Shown one piece after another: positions 39,757-50,841 of a stretch of DNA of 51,098 nucleotides. The notes under the pieces are model-generated. The model saw only the letters and a program-made list of their open reading frames with translations. It was not told where the DNA came from and ran no database searches. Positions within the stretch are counted from its first letter, which is position 1. Each line of letters begins with the position of its first letter. The stretch covers positions 1 to 51,098 of the forward strand of contig NIVC01004095.1 of NCBI GenBank assembly GCA_002269645.1, written 5' to 3'. Position numbers and translations under genes: made by a program. The stretch comes from Macrostomum lignano. Taxonomy: Eukaryota.

Positions 39757-42609
39757 ATGTCGTCGAAAACGATTCTGTCCCTGCTGCTTGCGGCATTGGT
39801 GTCCGGCTGCGTTAATCGACCTGCGTACGGCGCCGTTTGTAAGTGTTAACATGTAACCTGACTGTAGATACGAAAGTCTGATAAATAGCCTACATGTATA
39901 CACAGATGAGGATGAAGTTATAGATGCTAGGAATTAGTAGCTCATAACTGACCAGTTTCGCGTAAAAGTGACATTTGTTGGCAGAGTTTGTAGGATCAAA
40001 TAAGACCCAATATTTAAATCAGAAGAGAGAATTATCATCTAGAAGTCGAAGAGCTGCAATCTTAACCTACAAGTTAAGCGGATGCGGTTGCGGTTAGTAA
40101 AAATAGGTAAAAAATACGGCTTTTTATTTTTGATACGTTGTTAATTAGGAAAAACTTGAAACCCTAGTTGTTGTTCTAGTTGTCTTTGAGGTCAATGGAG
40201 AACTACATTTAATACAAATTAAAAGTCACTGGCAAGCAGGCGTGGTGCGAAGAAAGAATCCCAAATTCCAATTAGAGACTTTAGGTGAGATTCTAGCGCC
40301 TGTTTAGCGTCGCAAGCAAGATTTATAGGCTCTCTACGCGCACATAGTGCTTTTTTTTCTACATGATTTCTCTCCAGGGTTTTTTGACCATTTCAATTTC
40401 CAACGAGCCATTTTTGAGGAGAAACAGGCCTTCCATCTAAATGCCGGAGTGGACAGCTGCCCCCTGCTTCTCCCCGTTCCGCGGTCCCCTGCTTGCGAGT
40501 TACTGAGGGCACCCACTGAGGGCTTTAGTCCCAATGCCGTCCGGTCCCTATATGGAAGTTTTCACTGCAATGCATTGCTTTAACTTAAAAAATCTCACTT
40601 CAGACCAGCAAATTCAGCTGATTGAGTGTAGACAGAGCTCCACATTTGGTGGCGCCAAATGCGTTCGAGCGATCGATGGCAACACCAACCAGGACTATCA
40701 CGCCGGCTCGTGCACCCACACGGAGGCGCACCAGGGCTGGTGGCAGGCTCGAACTGAGCACCTTACCCACTTCAAACAGATTCGCATCTATAACAGAATG
40801 GACTGCTGCTCGGAGAGGCTTGACTACTTTTCTATCTACATCGATGGGCACCTTAGCGCTGTTTATCGAGGCGAACATTTTGCAATGAAATTTCAACGTA
40901 GACAGGATTGGTCAGGTCGTTCGAATTCAAAGTCACAGAGAATCGACATTTTCTTTGTGCGAAGTGCAAGTCCTCGGATATGCTATTAGCCTGCCTTCGA
41001 TTGGAGGTGAGATCAGATGCTACGGGTGGAAACTGAAATTGCTATTGTACATAAGGCACAGGCCGAAAAATTGGCACTAAAACATCCGATGCCTCGAGAT
41101 TGTACTAACTTACTCGTGTAAAAACCCACCTATTTCAGAACAACTGGCCTTCGACTCTTGCTCGCAGAGTTCAATTTCGTATGGTGGCGTCTGTGACCGA
41201 GCAATCGATGGCAACATCACCAGGGCTACATTCACGGTTCGTGCAGTCACACCCAAGCAGAGCGAGGCTGATGGCAGGGCCACCTAACCAAGGTTAGTGA
41301 TGTGACTCATGTCCGCATCTACAACCGACTGGACTGCTGCTTAGATCGGCTGTCGGACTTTGCCGTACTCATCGACGATAAAGAATGCGCATCGTACCGG
41401 TCAGAGCCCGACTCATTTTTCTCGATGCTGACTCTCAAGTGCCCAGGCACCGGCCAGAAAATCAAGATTGCTAATCGTAGGCCAACAAATTTGACTATGT
41501 GCGAGGATAAAGCGTTTGTAAGACACGGAAGACACATCTATGCCAGAAAGTGAGTATAAGCAATGCGCTCTAATATTATAGTAGTACCCAAAAGATTATT
41601 TGCTTTAACTAAAGTTAAGATCACATTGGAAATCTTTTCAGAAATTAATAATTTGCCCTCTTTTGCAATTTGCTGGACGCCCAAAGCGTCTGCGGATGTC
41701 TCGGCATGATGTCGGATTGTTGTATGGGATAAGCTTGACATTCTTGGCTGAGCTGCGGGCTGGTTTCGGGCATCCGGATACGTTGGGGAGGCGTTGGCGA
41801 CCATCCCGCTAACCCCTTGGTGATCACAGGCAGCTGGTGCTGTGGTGTCTCGTAGGCAGATCCGGTGGTGCCGGTGTACGCAGTGCAGTCCCCCTCCGGA
41901 GAGTCCAGGAGAGTCTGTAGCCCGTAGGTAGCGGAAGAGCTCGCGCAGAAGTTCTTGGGTCTGAAAACGTCGGGAAGGTCCGAGTTTGGGCTGAGGTAGG
42001 TAAACCTGTTCTGAGTACACGCGGAGTATTCACAGATAGAGTGCTCCGCATTCTCAACACCAGAGAGGCAAAATAGCCATTGCTCAAAGCGCAGGTATCA
42101 CGGGATAAGCTTGAATAAAAATATACTAACAATCAGTAGTTAAAGATTTAAAACCGACAATTTATACCGGTAGAAACACTGTAGATCGACGAGAACGCTG
42201 AATGAAAGAATGGGTTTCCATGGAACTTGCAGAACAGCTCAAGTTCAACAGTTGTAGTCAGAGCTCAACTGCCTCTGGTTGCGACTGCAAACGGGCCTTT
42301 GATGGCATCCGGAACCAGGACTACCACGCCGGGTCGTGCACACATACTGAGAGTGCACACAACAACTGGTGGCAGGCGCAATTACCCAAAGCTTCATTTG
42401 TATCGAAGATTCGAATCTAGTACCTCGAAGATTGCTGCTCTGACCGGCTCAAAGATTTCTCAATCAGCGTAGGTGGTCTCGAATGCGCCTTTTACCGTTC
42501 CGACGACCACTTCTCGGCTCGGACTTTCGAGTGCAACGCGTACGGCGAAGTTGTTCGTATCGATAGTCACAAAGCGGAGCCGCTGATCCTCTGCGAAGTG
42601 GAGGTGTAA
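39757..42609 (+). pseudogene. Signal peptide + three tandem F-type lectin (fucolectin) domains, disrupted
   Basis: Exon 39757-39838 encodes MSSKTILSLLLAALVSGCVNRPAYGAV (phase-1 donor T|GTAAGT). FTLD exons are 40604-41006, 41139-41517 and 42233-42609, with AIDGN / CTHT / WW / RxDCC..R / CEV motifs. Lesions: frameshift near 40890, frameshift near 41218, TGA in place of W near 41270, TAG at 42418-42420, and loss of the motif Arg in domain 3. Confidence 0.8.
41739..42101 (-). mobile_element. Short 3' fragment of a non-LTR retrotransposon in F-lectin intron 3
   Basis: Flanked by the 13-bp direct repeat GGGATAAGCTTGA (41726-41738 and 42102-42114). The minus frame GVENAEHSICEYSACTQNRFTYL resembles the C-terminal CCHC (E..EH..CEC.A) of I/R1-group ORF2. 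Confidence 0.45.
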
Positions 42610-43274
42610 TGGAGGCGACGAACAGCCGAAGTAGTGACTAAAAGTTTGAAAGTATAATAAAAAGTTTTAAAATAATTTGAAATTTTTAACTAAAAGTAAA
42701 ACGGTATAACGACATTTTGATTCGATTAGAATACAAGTACTGCTTACATTTGTTTTTGATCAAATTAGACATAATATAATTTTCATAATTGCTAACCATT
42801 ATCAAACATTAAAACATATGCTATGAAAGTTGAATTACTGTATCAAATAATGGAAACAGACCTTTGACCTTTGTTTCAACTTTAGTGAAACAAAAAAGAC
42901 AGCAAATACCTTATAAAAAACGATTTAAAAATTCACAAAATCCTAACACTAATTTGATTAATATTTTCAACCGGACTCTGTTACGAGTATGTTTGGTTCT
43001 ACGATGTACGAGCGTAGCTTCTCGCACGACGCATCAACCCCAACCAAGTAGCAGCATGGTACTGTTACATTTACATATTGCTAAATCATATAAAATTTCT
43101 AAAATTGCTACATGTACGGCATACCTTCAAGATGCCGACAACTTGAGGTACCGGCTTATAATCCAGATAGCTCCTGATATCTTGCAGTCTGAGAATTCGA
43201 TGTTTTAAATGCTGTGAGGAACAGCTGATTAATGCGTGCAGGACGGTTGTACTGCACCCCCCACCAATCAGACT

Positions 43275-43303
43275 GTTTCTGTCTGTCTGTCTGTCTGTCT
43301 GCC

Positions 43304-43367
<64 letters not shown>

Positions 43368-43370
43368 GTG

Positions 43371-43430
<60 letters not shown>
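43275..43430. repeat. (GTCT)n microsatellite
   Basis: Directly visible. Confidence 0.98.
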
Positions 43431-43918
43431 CATCTACATCTGCATAGAGGAGTTGCTTGGCTGCATGGCAGCAAGTATTTGTCACTCAGAAGATATGGCG
43501 TTTCCGTTGCTTTTAGCCGGAGAGTATTCGTACAATGAAAGGGGTTTCTCAAACTTGGGCTTTCTCTTATTTTATGCAGGGAAGCAGAAACACTTTTGTC
43601 ATCTAAAAGCAATTACTGGGTTCTCGGGTGTGTGACAATTGCTTTCGTCAGGAACTTGATTGCAACTTACTCAACGGGAGCTTTCTGATGATCATCACTA
43701 AAAAACTGACTCCCTCCAGTGCTTTCCCACCAACTCAACACGTTGCCTCAGTCCCACCTCAGAGCAACGCTGTAGGGTTTTAACCACTGTACCGGAACTA
43801 GCAAATATTTGCATCCTTTCAGGGGCAAATGGAGAAAGCTTAAAACAGCTTACGACAGGTAGATCGATACTGTATTTGTCACAAAGCCATTTCACACTGC
43901 AAAGATCTATCCAGAGCG

Positions 43919-44820
43919 ATGCAGCAACTCCTCACAGCCGCATTCGCTCTGCTGGCGACGATCTGCTCGACAGTCACAGGCGATGACCCCGGCAGCTGCG
44001 CCAACCAGAAGCTGTTCTCTTTAGCCGAGCCCCACAGCCTGACGGTGCCGCAGTCCTTCAAGTCCGTGCAGGCAGTTGGCAGCGAGCTGCAGTGCTCTCT
44101 GCAGTGCAGGGCCCAGTCCGGTGTCTGCTTCGGCTTCTACTGGCAAGAGGCGAGTCTGTCATGCCAGCTGTTCAGCATCGCTGCGTTCTTCAGCAAGTCG
44201 CTGTGGCAGCCGAGCGCCAAGCCGAGAGCCAAGCCGGTCGATGTCTTCACAAAGCTGTTCGACTGTGAGTTTTGCACTTATTGAATTCAACGGTATAAAT
44301 TATTTGAAGGAGGTAATTTTGCCTCCTAATTTAAGCCTCAATAATTACTGAGACTTAAAGGCTCTTAGTGAAATGCTTTTCCTTCGCTTTGGTTGCTGCA
44401 GTACCGACAGAAGCAGTTTTGACTGTTCAAAACTGCAGTCAGATCTCTACTTTTGCGAGTGCTGTCTGCGGATTAGCAATCGATGGCAACACGAATCAGA
44501 ACTTTCACGGAGGCTCCTGCGCCCACACCGAAGGAGGCAAATCCCAATGGTGGCAGGCCGACCTCGCTCAGCAGTTCCGCATCAAGGCAGTCCGCATCTT
44601 CAACAGACAGGACTGCTGCGCTGAGAGGCTCAACAACTTCACCCTGCTGGTCGATGATGTCGAGTGTGCCAGGGTAGACGGAGCTCAGAGCTTCTCCATC
44701 AAGACAGTCAGCTGCCTCGGCTACGGCAGTCGGGTTCGCCTCGTCAGTCGCTTGCGTGGTGTGGTGTTCAGCCTGTGCGAAGTTGAGCTGCTTGGCTTCC
44801 CCGTCTCTGTGCTGCCTTAG
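43919..44820 (+). CDS. Secreted PAN/apple domain + F-type lectin domain protein (254 aa), intact
   Basis: Exon 1 is 43919-44264 (signal peptide; QCSLQC..VCFGFYW..SCQLF apple pattern; donor T|GTGAGT). Exon 2 is 44402-44820 (acceptor CTGCAG|). 765 nt in frame. Complete fucose-binding signature AIDGN, CAHT, NRQDCCAER, LCEV. Confidence 0.88.
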
Positions 44821-45241
44821 ACAGCAGAACCCTAAGGAGTCTGTCTTGTGTTTAAAAGTAAATCGAGTCTGTTCTGACCGATGAGTGAACTTGTCCTGAT
44901 CTCTTTTCTTGTTTATCTGGAATATCTTTCTCGATTTTCTTCTCAATTTTGATTAAATTTTTAGTTTTAAAGCAAATCTATAAGCTTTGGACTTTAAACT
45001 TATGTACATTTAGTTCGGTATTGTATGTGGAAACTTAATTCCGGATCCTCTGGTCCTTAATTAAAAATTTAATGCAAAGGCGCTTAACACAAGGGGATAG
45101 GTTCAAAACAGTGTGTCATCTACACTTGCGAATAGTAGAAATTCTAGAAAAGGCCGCTTGCTTTAGCTGTGTCTATGGCAATGGAGCCTTTTCACTAACA
45201 TTATTTCATATTCTTAATGCTGGTTTTTTATGTAAATAATA

Positions 45242-45648
45242 AACGCCGTTTAATTCAAATTCAGTCGTTAGAATTTCCGAGGCTGAATTTAATGGTCCCG
45301 AGGCGAGCGAAACGAGCCGAGGACCATTGTCAAACGATTTCGCTTTTGTGTTTACCATAGAAGCGTGCTGCAACGCAATGGGGCATTGCCGCACACAAAA
45401 CGGTACGTTGCCGCACGCTTGTATGGTAAAAACAAAATCGTTAGCCAATGATATCGACGCACTGCTTTCGAGTGCAGGCACAAGTGCTAAGAGGGAGATT
45501 AGAGACCCGAGAAAGAGGGAGATTAGAGATCTTAGGAGAGCCGCGCACTCGTGCCTAGGTCGTTGCTGCACAAGAAAGCAGTGCGTCATCTCTAAATTGA
45601 ATGCAGCCGATGATATTCTACATAGACTATGATGAATTAAACGGCGTT
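45242..45648. mobile_element. MITE (about 407 bp) with TA flanks and an internal hairpin
   Basis: Perfect 20-bp inverted repeat AATAAACGCCGTTTAATTCA (45238-45257) / TGAATTAAACGGCGTTTATT (45633-45652); TA at 45240-41 and 45649-50. Confidence 0.75.
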
Positions 45649-45752
45649 TATTTTATATGAAATTCGATTGCCTATTTTACGGGGGCATCCCATCTGATTG
45701 ATAGACATATAGGCTTAGACCATTTTATTCCGACCATAGACAAATAAATAAA

Positions 45753-46825
45753 GGGGATGTCAACTTAAGCACCAGAATGGAGCCCGAAGTTCAGCTCCAG
45801 ACCAAACCGACTGCAATCGATAACTTGTCGGCCCAGACGACTGGAATCGCCGAGAACTCCCATCCGGCTCCCTTCCTTGGGGTCCCAGGGGATAAAGGGG
45901 ATAAAATGGGGATCTCATGTCAACTTAAGGCTCTGGAATGGAGCCCGAAGTTCAGCTCCGGACCAAACCGACTGAAATCGATAACTTGTCGGCCCAGACG
46001 ACTAGAATCGCCGAGACATCCCATCCGGCTCCCTTCCTTGGGGTCCCAGGGATAAAGGGGATAAAATGGGGATCTCATGTCAACTTAAGGCTCTGGAATG
46101 GAGCCCGAAGTTCAGCTCCGGACCAAACCGACTGCAATCGATAACTTGTCGGCCCAGACGACTAGAATCGCCGAGACATCTCATCCGGCTCCCTTCCTTG
46201 GGGTCCCAGGGGATAAAGGGGATAAAATGGGGATCTCATGTCAACTTAAGGCTCTGGAATGGAGCCCGAAGTTCAGCTCCGGACCAAACCGACTGAAATC
46301 GATAACTTGTCGGCCCAGACGACTAGAATCGCCGAGACATCCCATCCGGCTCTCTTCCTTGGGGTCCCAGGGGATAAAGGGGATAAAATGGGGATCTCAT
46401 GTCAACTTAAGGCTCTGGAATGGAGCCCGAAGTTCAGCTCCGGACCAAACCGACTGCAATCGATAACTTGTCGGCCCAGACGACTAGAATCGCCGAGACA
46501 TCCCATCCGGCTCCCTTCCTTGGGGTCCCAGGAGATAAAGGGGATAAAATGGGGATCTCATGTCAACTTAAGGCTCTGGAATGGAGCCCGAAGTTCAGCT
46601 CCGGACCAAACCGACTGCAATCGATAACTTGTCGGCCCAGACGACTAGAATCGCCGAGACATCCCATCCGGCTCCCTTCCTTGGGGTCCCAGGGGATAAA
46701 GGGGATAAAATGGGGATCTCATGTCAACTTAAGGCTCTGGAATGGAGCCCGAATTTCAGCTCCGGACCAAACCGACTGCAATCGATAACTTGTCGGCCCA
46801 GACGACTAGAATCGCCGAGACATCC
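45753..46825 (+). repeat. 161-bp tandem array, left arm (about 6.7 units)
   Basis: ATGGAGCCCGAA recurs at 45777, 45938, 46098, 46259, 46420, 46581 and 46742. Confidence 0.97.
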
Positions 46826-47820
46826 GCTGTGCCACTATGTTCCGCTATGTCATTGAGTGCTGCTTTGCTGCCATTAAGCAGGACAAATGTGTTAACGAGA
46901 GGCACAAACCGTATCAGTGGCTGCCGTCAGCCGGCTTCAGTGAGCCCAGCCGATTAGACGTTGTTATCGAGACCTCGATGGCAAAGTACAACCGGGCGCA
47001 TCCAGGTTTTGAATCATTTAAACAGCTGCCACCGTCATGGACAGGGCTATCGTTGTTCGAATTCGGGCAGAATTTCATGCGCCGAGTGCTCTTGTCCAAC
47101 GAACTGGACGAAATTGAGCAGCTGCACTTCAACTGTGATCTGAAGCGTGTCCCCCTGCTAACACAAGGGCATGGATTGCTGTCAACCCGCTGGATCCAAA
47201 AAGCTCGGGTTCCCCCGAATTCACACAGTGAATTTGTCAGAGGTTTTGGTGGGTCCGTATCAACTAAATCAAGCCGATTATTACATTCAAAACATTCGTG
47301 TCAAGGAGGTTCTCGGTAGCTACGAAGGTGACTCCTGGAGAGACTTTGAGTTACACATCCGAGCCGCCGGGAGTATTGGAAGTTTCGGCAAGAGACGCCG
47401 CTAGAAAACTGGAGCAACCGATTCGGTCGGTGGCATCCGTCTTGATTTTTCTAGCTGTCGTTTTCTCGCGCCATAATTCGAAATCCTACCGCGTGATTCT
47501 TAGAGTGTGTGACAGCAGCGGACAATCGCTTTGGTTTTAGAGATCCAGGATTGCAACTTCTTCATGGCTACTACTCATCAGCAAAAGCTGGAAGTAGGAA
47601 TGCAGGCCGCCATTGTCATGTAATGGCAGTGCTCAGACTCCTGGGCTGCTACGCTTACCACCAAGATAGCTATCGAAGGTCTGGTGCTAGCCTTCGCTTT
47701 GTTGATTCCCTCTTCCACGCCGTCTTGTTGCCAGACTTTATGCCAGAGAAAATGCTTTACCACAGCAGCGAAAGCCTACTGAGCAACTGTCTAGCGGCCA
47801 GCGAGAGGAGTTTCAGTCAG
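46826..47820 (+). pseudogene. Decayed C-terminal part of a DDE_Tnp_4-type transposase with SWIM-like zinc finger
   Basis: RYVIECCFAAIKQ resembles the third catalytic motif (R..VER..G.IKQ). LVGPYQLNQADYYIQ, SRHNSKSYRV and HGYYSSAKAGSRNAGRHCHVMAVLRLLG match the pattern GxYQLKQAxSY...SRH...GWYCxCKAGARxxGCCAHIASVLWYLG. Multiple frameshifts and stops. Confidence 0.7.
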
Positions 47821-49075
47821 CCCAAGGAAGGGAGCCGGATGGGATGTCTCGGCGATTCTAGTCGTCTGGGCCGACAAGTTATCGATTGCAGTCGGTTTGG
47901 TCCGGAGCTGAACTTCGGGCTCCATTCCAGAGCCTTAAGTTGACATGAGATCCCCATTTTATCCCCTTTATCCCCTGGGACCCCAAGGAAGGGAGCCGGA
48001 TGGGATGTCTCGGCGATTCTAGTCGTCTGGGCCGACAAGTTATCGATTGCAGTCGGTTTGGTCCGGAGCTGAACTTCGGGCTCCATTCCAGAGCCTTAAG
48101 TTGACATGAGATCCCCATTTTATCCCCTTTATCCCCTGGGACCCCAAGGAAGGGAGCCGGATGGGATGTCTCGGCGATTCTAGTCGTCTGGGCCGACAAG
48201 TTATCGATTGCAGTCGGTTTGGTCCGGAGCTGAACTTCGGGCTCCATTCCAGAGCCTTAAGTTGACATGAGATCCCCATTTTATCCCCTTCATCCCTTGG
48301 GACCCCAAGAAAGGGAGCCGGATGGGATGTCTCGGCGATTCTAGTCGTCTGGGCCGACAAGTTATCGATTGCAGTCGGTTTGGTCCGGAGCTGAAATTCG
48401 GGCTCCATTCCAGAGCCTTAAGTTGACATGAGATCCCCATTTTATCCCCTTTATCCTCTGGGACCCCAAGGAAGGGAGCCGGATGGGATGTCTCGGCGAT
48501 TCTAGTCGTCTGGGCCGACAAGTTATCGATTGCAGTCGGTTTGGTCCGGAGCTGAACTTCGGGCTCCATTCCAGAGCCTTAAGTTGACATGAGATCCCAT
48601 TTTATCCCCTTTATCCCCTGGGACCCCAAGGAAGGGAGCCGGATGGGATGTCTCGGCGATTCTAGTCGTCTGGGCCGACAAGTTATCGATTGCAGTCGGT
48701 TTGGTCCGGAGCTGAACTTCGGGCTCCATTCCAGAGCCTTAAGTTGACATGAGATCCCCATTTTATCCCCTTTATCCCCTGGGACCCCAAGGAAGGGAGC
48801 CGGATGGGATGTCTCGGCGATTCTAGTCGTCTGGGCCGACAAGTTATCGATTTCAGTCGGTTTGGTCCGGAGCTGAAATTCGGGCTCCATTCCAGAGCCT
48901 TAAGTTGACATGAGATCCCCATTTTATCCCCTTTATCCCCTGGGACCCCAAGGAAGGGAGCCGGATGGGATGTCTCGGCGATTCTAGTCGTCTGGGCCGA
49001 CAAGTTATCGATTGCAGTCGGTTTGGTCCGGAACTGAACTTCGGGCTCCATTCTGATGCTTAAGTTGACATCCCC
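47821..49075 (-). repeat. 161-bp tandem array, right arm (about 7.8 units, inverted)
   Basis: Reverse-complement copies of the left-arm unit; minus-strand ORF starts at 48086, 48247, 48408, 48569, 48729, 48890 and 49051. Confidence 0.97.
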
Positions 49076-49181
49076 TTTCTCACAAAGATACAGTCACGAA
49101 GCAGCAGTCAGTCAGCGGTGGCAAAACATAACAGCCGAATTTAAATTCGCTTTTTCTTCGAACTAGAATCAACAATACAAT

Positions 49182-49525
49182 ATGGAAGGCTTAGAAGACT
49201 TCAATTTTGACGCTTTCTTTGCTGCTTTCGGAGTTGAGTCGACAACTCGAGTTTCTGCTGAGTCCCTGGACGAAGCTGCTCTAAAAAAAGAATCGACGAA
49301 AGTTTGCCTGCTGCTACCAGAGCAAAGGAAAAATGGGCAATGAAGTTATTCAATCTATAGAAAGAGATGCGCGTCAATCGTCAGTTGACAGGCGATGAGT
49401 CAGGACTCATGGTTCTCAAGCCAACCGAGGATCTTACGAAATCCGACCTGAATTATTTGCTCCAGTATTTTGTGTTCGAAGTTCGTAAAGAGAACTGGGA
49501 AAAGTTTCCAAATTCCACCTGGCAC
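49182..49525 (+). mobile_element. Crypton-type (tyrosine recombinase, DUF3504-associated N-terminus) fragment
   Basis: Across a frameshift and a stop it reads KKRIDESLPAATRAKEKWAMKLFNL*KEMR...EDLTKSDLNYLLQYFVFEVRKENWEKFPNST, matching the Crypton/ZMYM pattern (P.NT.K.T.WA.K.F..W ... ELN..L..FV.EVRK.DG..YPP.T). Confidence 0.6.
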
Positions 49526-50061
49526 CCTCAAAGATCTAGTCTTCATGATCCAACACGACTTTGTTTACGGACTTAAACGGACTTACTTAAATAAGTAATC
49601 GTAGTTTAAGTCACAGAATATACACAGAATGCCAAATCGAGCGATTTCCATGAAGCCGAATTAAAATTCGTGTGCACTACTCTTGTTGTGAAGTCTATGG
49701 CCAGTAGTATAAATTAGCGAAGAATAATAAATAACCTGGAGGACCAAATGTAAAATTTTTATCATTTTTTCTTAGTTTATCATTTAAACAAACCAAACAA
49801 TGAAGAACTCAAGTTAAACAGAATTCATTCGCATCATCAACAAACAACAGCTAAGCAGAATTCATTCGCATCACAGTTAAACTACAGTTAAACAGCATTT
49901 AATCGCACCAGCTTTTTCCTCTCTTCAGCTCTCTTTATTCCTGTCGTACGCCCCGCTTTCTCTGCTGAGCGAGCGTCCTCTGACTGTTGCACCAGTGATG
50001 CAGGCGAAGTCTGGCAAACAACTTGGCCATTGCCTTAGCACAGGAGTGAGTTGGAGATCTG

Positions 50062-50841
50062 GGGGGTCTTTCTCGAAAGCAACTTACGATCGGCCAAAGA
50101 CGTAAGTTGGGAGAAGTGCTTATGGCTTGCTCGAAAGTCTCGCAACTTGAAACGACGTACGATCGATCGCAACTTTGTGAGCTCGTAACTTTGCCAAAAG
50201 ACTGTTTCTCGAAACGTTCGTATGTCTATGGTCTTTCGTAAGGTTGATCTTAACCCTACGACTGCTCGGTATCTCGGTAAGAAGCACTTATCGGAGAGAT
50301 CTCAGGGTATGATATCTTTAATACTGCAAGTGAGAGCAAAGATCAGATCAAGTCTGAGGTTGTGATTGGTAGTGATGTCCACGACAACTGGTGTGTTCTG
50401 TGATTTAGGGGTCAATGTGGAGTTGTGCGGGTTGATTGTCTACTTTAATTGACTTGATCTGTTACGACTTTTAACTGTCAAGCCAAAAAACTGGTTAACA
50501 ACTGCTCGCGTTCTAAAACATTATAATCTTTTGCTTGTACATGCATGTATTTCTTTGGGTACTTTCCTAAAATAAAATAAAATAAAACTGGTGCCCATTT
50601 CCTATTACTGTTAGTAAAAAAAGCAAGAAATACATATCATTTAAATTAGCTTTTTAGATTTGATTTTTTGTCTTCTCTTCCATAGGCAACACTTAATCGA
50701 CTTAACTAGACTTATGAATCGCGTAGTCACGCAAGTCTAAGTGAGTTTCGAGAAACTGGCTTAGTATTGATCTTACGCAGAGCGTAAGTTCTAATTAAGA
50801 TCGAACTTACCATAAGAACTTACCAATTCGAGAAAGACCCC
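50062..50841. mobile_element. Non-autonomous Harbinger/NuwaI-type element (about 780 bp)
   Basis: TIRs GGGGGTCTTTCTCGAA / TTCGAGAAAGACCCC(C); CTG on both sides (50059-61, 50842-44; the G/C runs differ by one base). Subterminal CTTACG/CGTAAG motifs at both ends. Confidence 0.75.

Larger units (their letters stand above)
45753..49075. mobile_element. Foldback-type PHIS (Spy/ISL2EU-like) DNA transposon with inverted 161-bp tandem arrays
   Basis: Termini GGGGATGTCAACTTAAGCACCAGAATGGAGCCCGAAG / CTTCGGGCTCCATTCTGATGCTTAAGTTGACATCCCC; flanks AAA and TTT with no direct TSD. Left array 45753-46825, right array 47821-49075, transposase remnant between them. Confidence 0.8.

Noticed and set aside
40347-40583. 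ORF upstream of the first lectin domain, and the ATG at 40534
   Set aside because: The lectin exon has a good acceptor at 40603/40604 that is in phase with the signal-peptide exon at 39757-39838, so this region is intronic.
45777-49051. Family of repeated 122-aa ORFs (MEPEVQLRTKPT...) resembling a tandem gene array or CRISPR-like locus
   Set aside because: They are by-products of the 161-bp unit (not a multiple of 3, so frames cycle). There are no unique spacers and no cas genes, and the DNA is eukaryotic.
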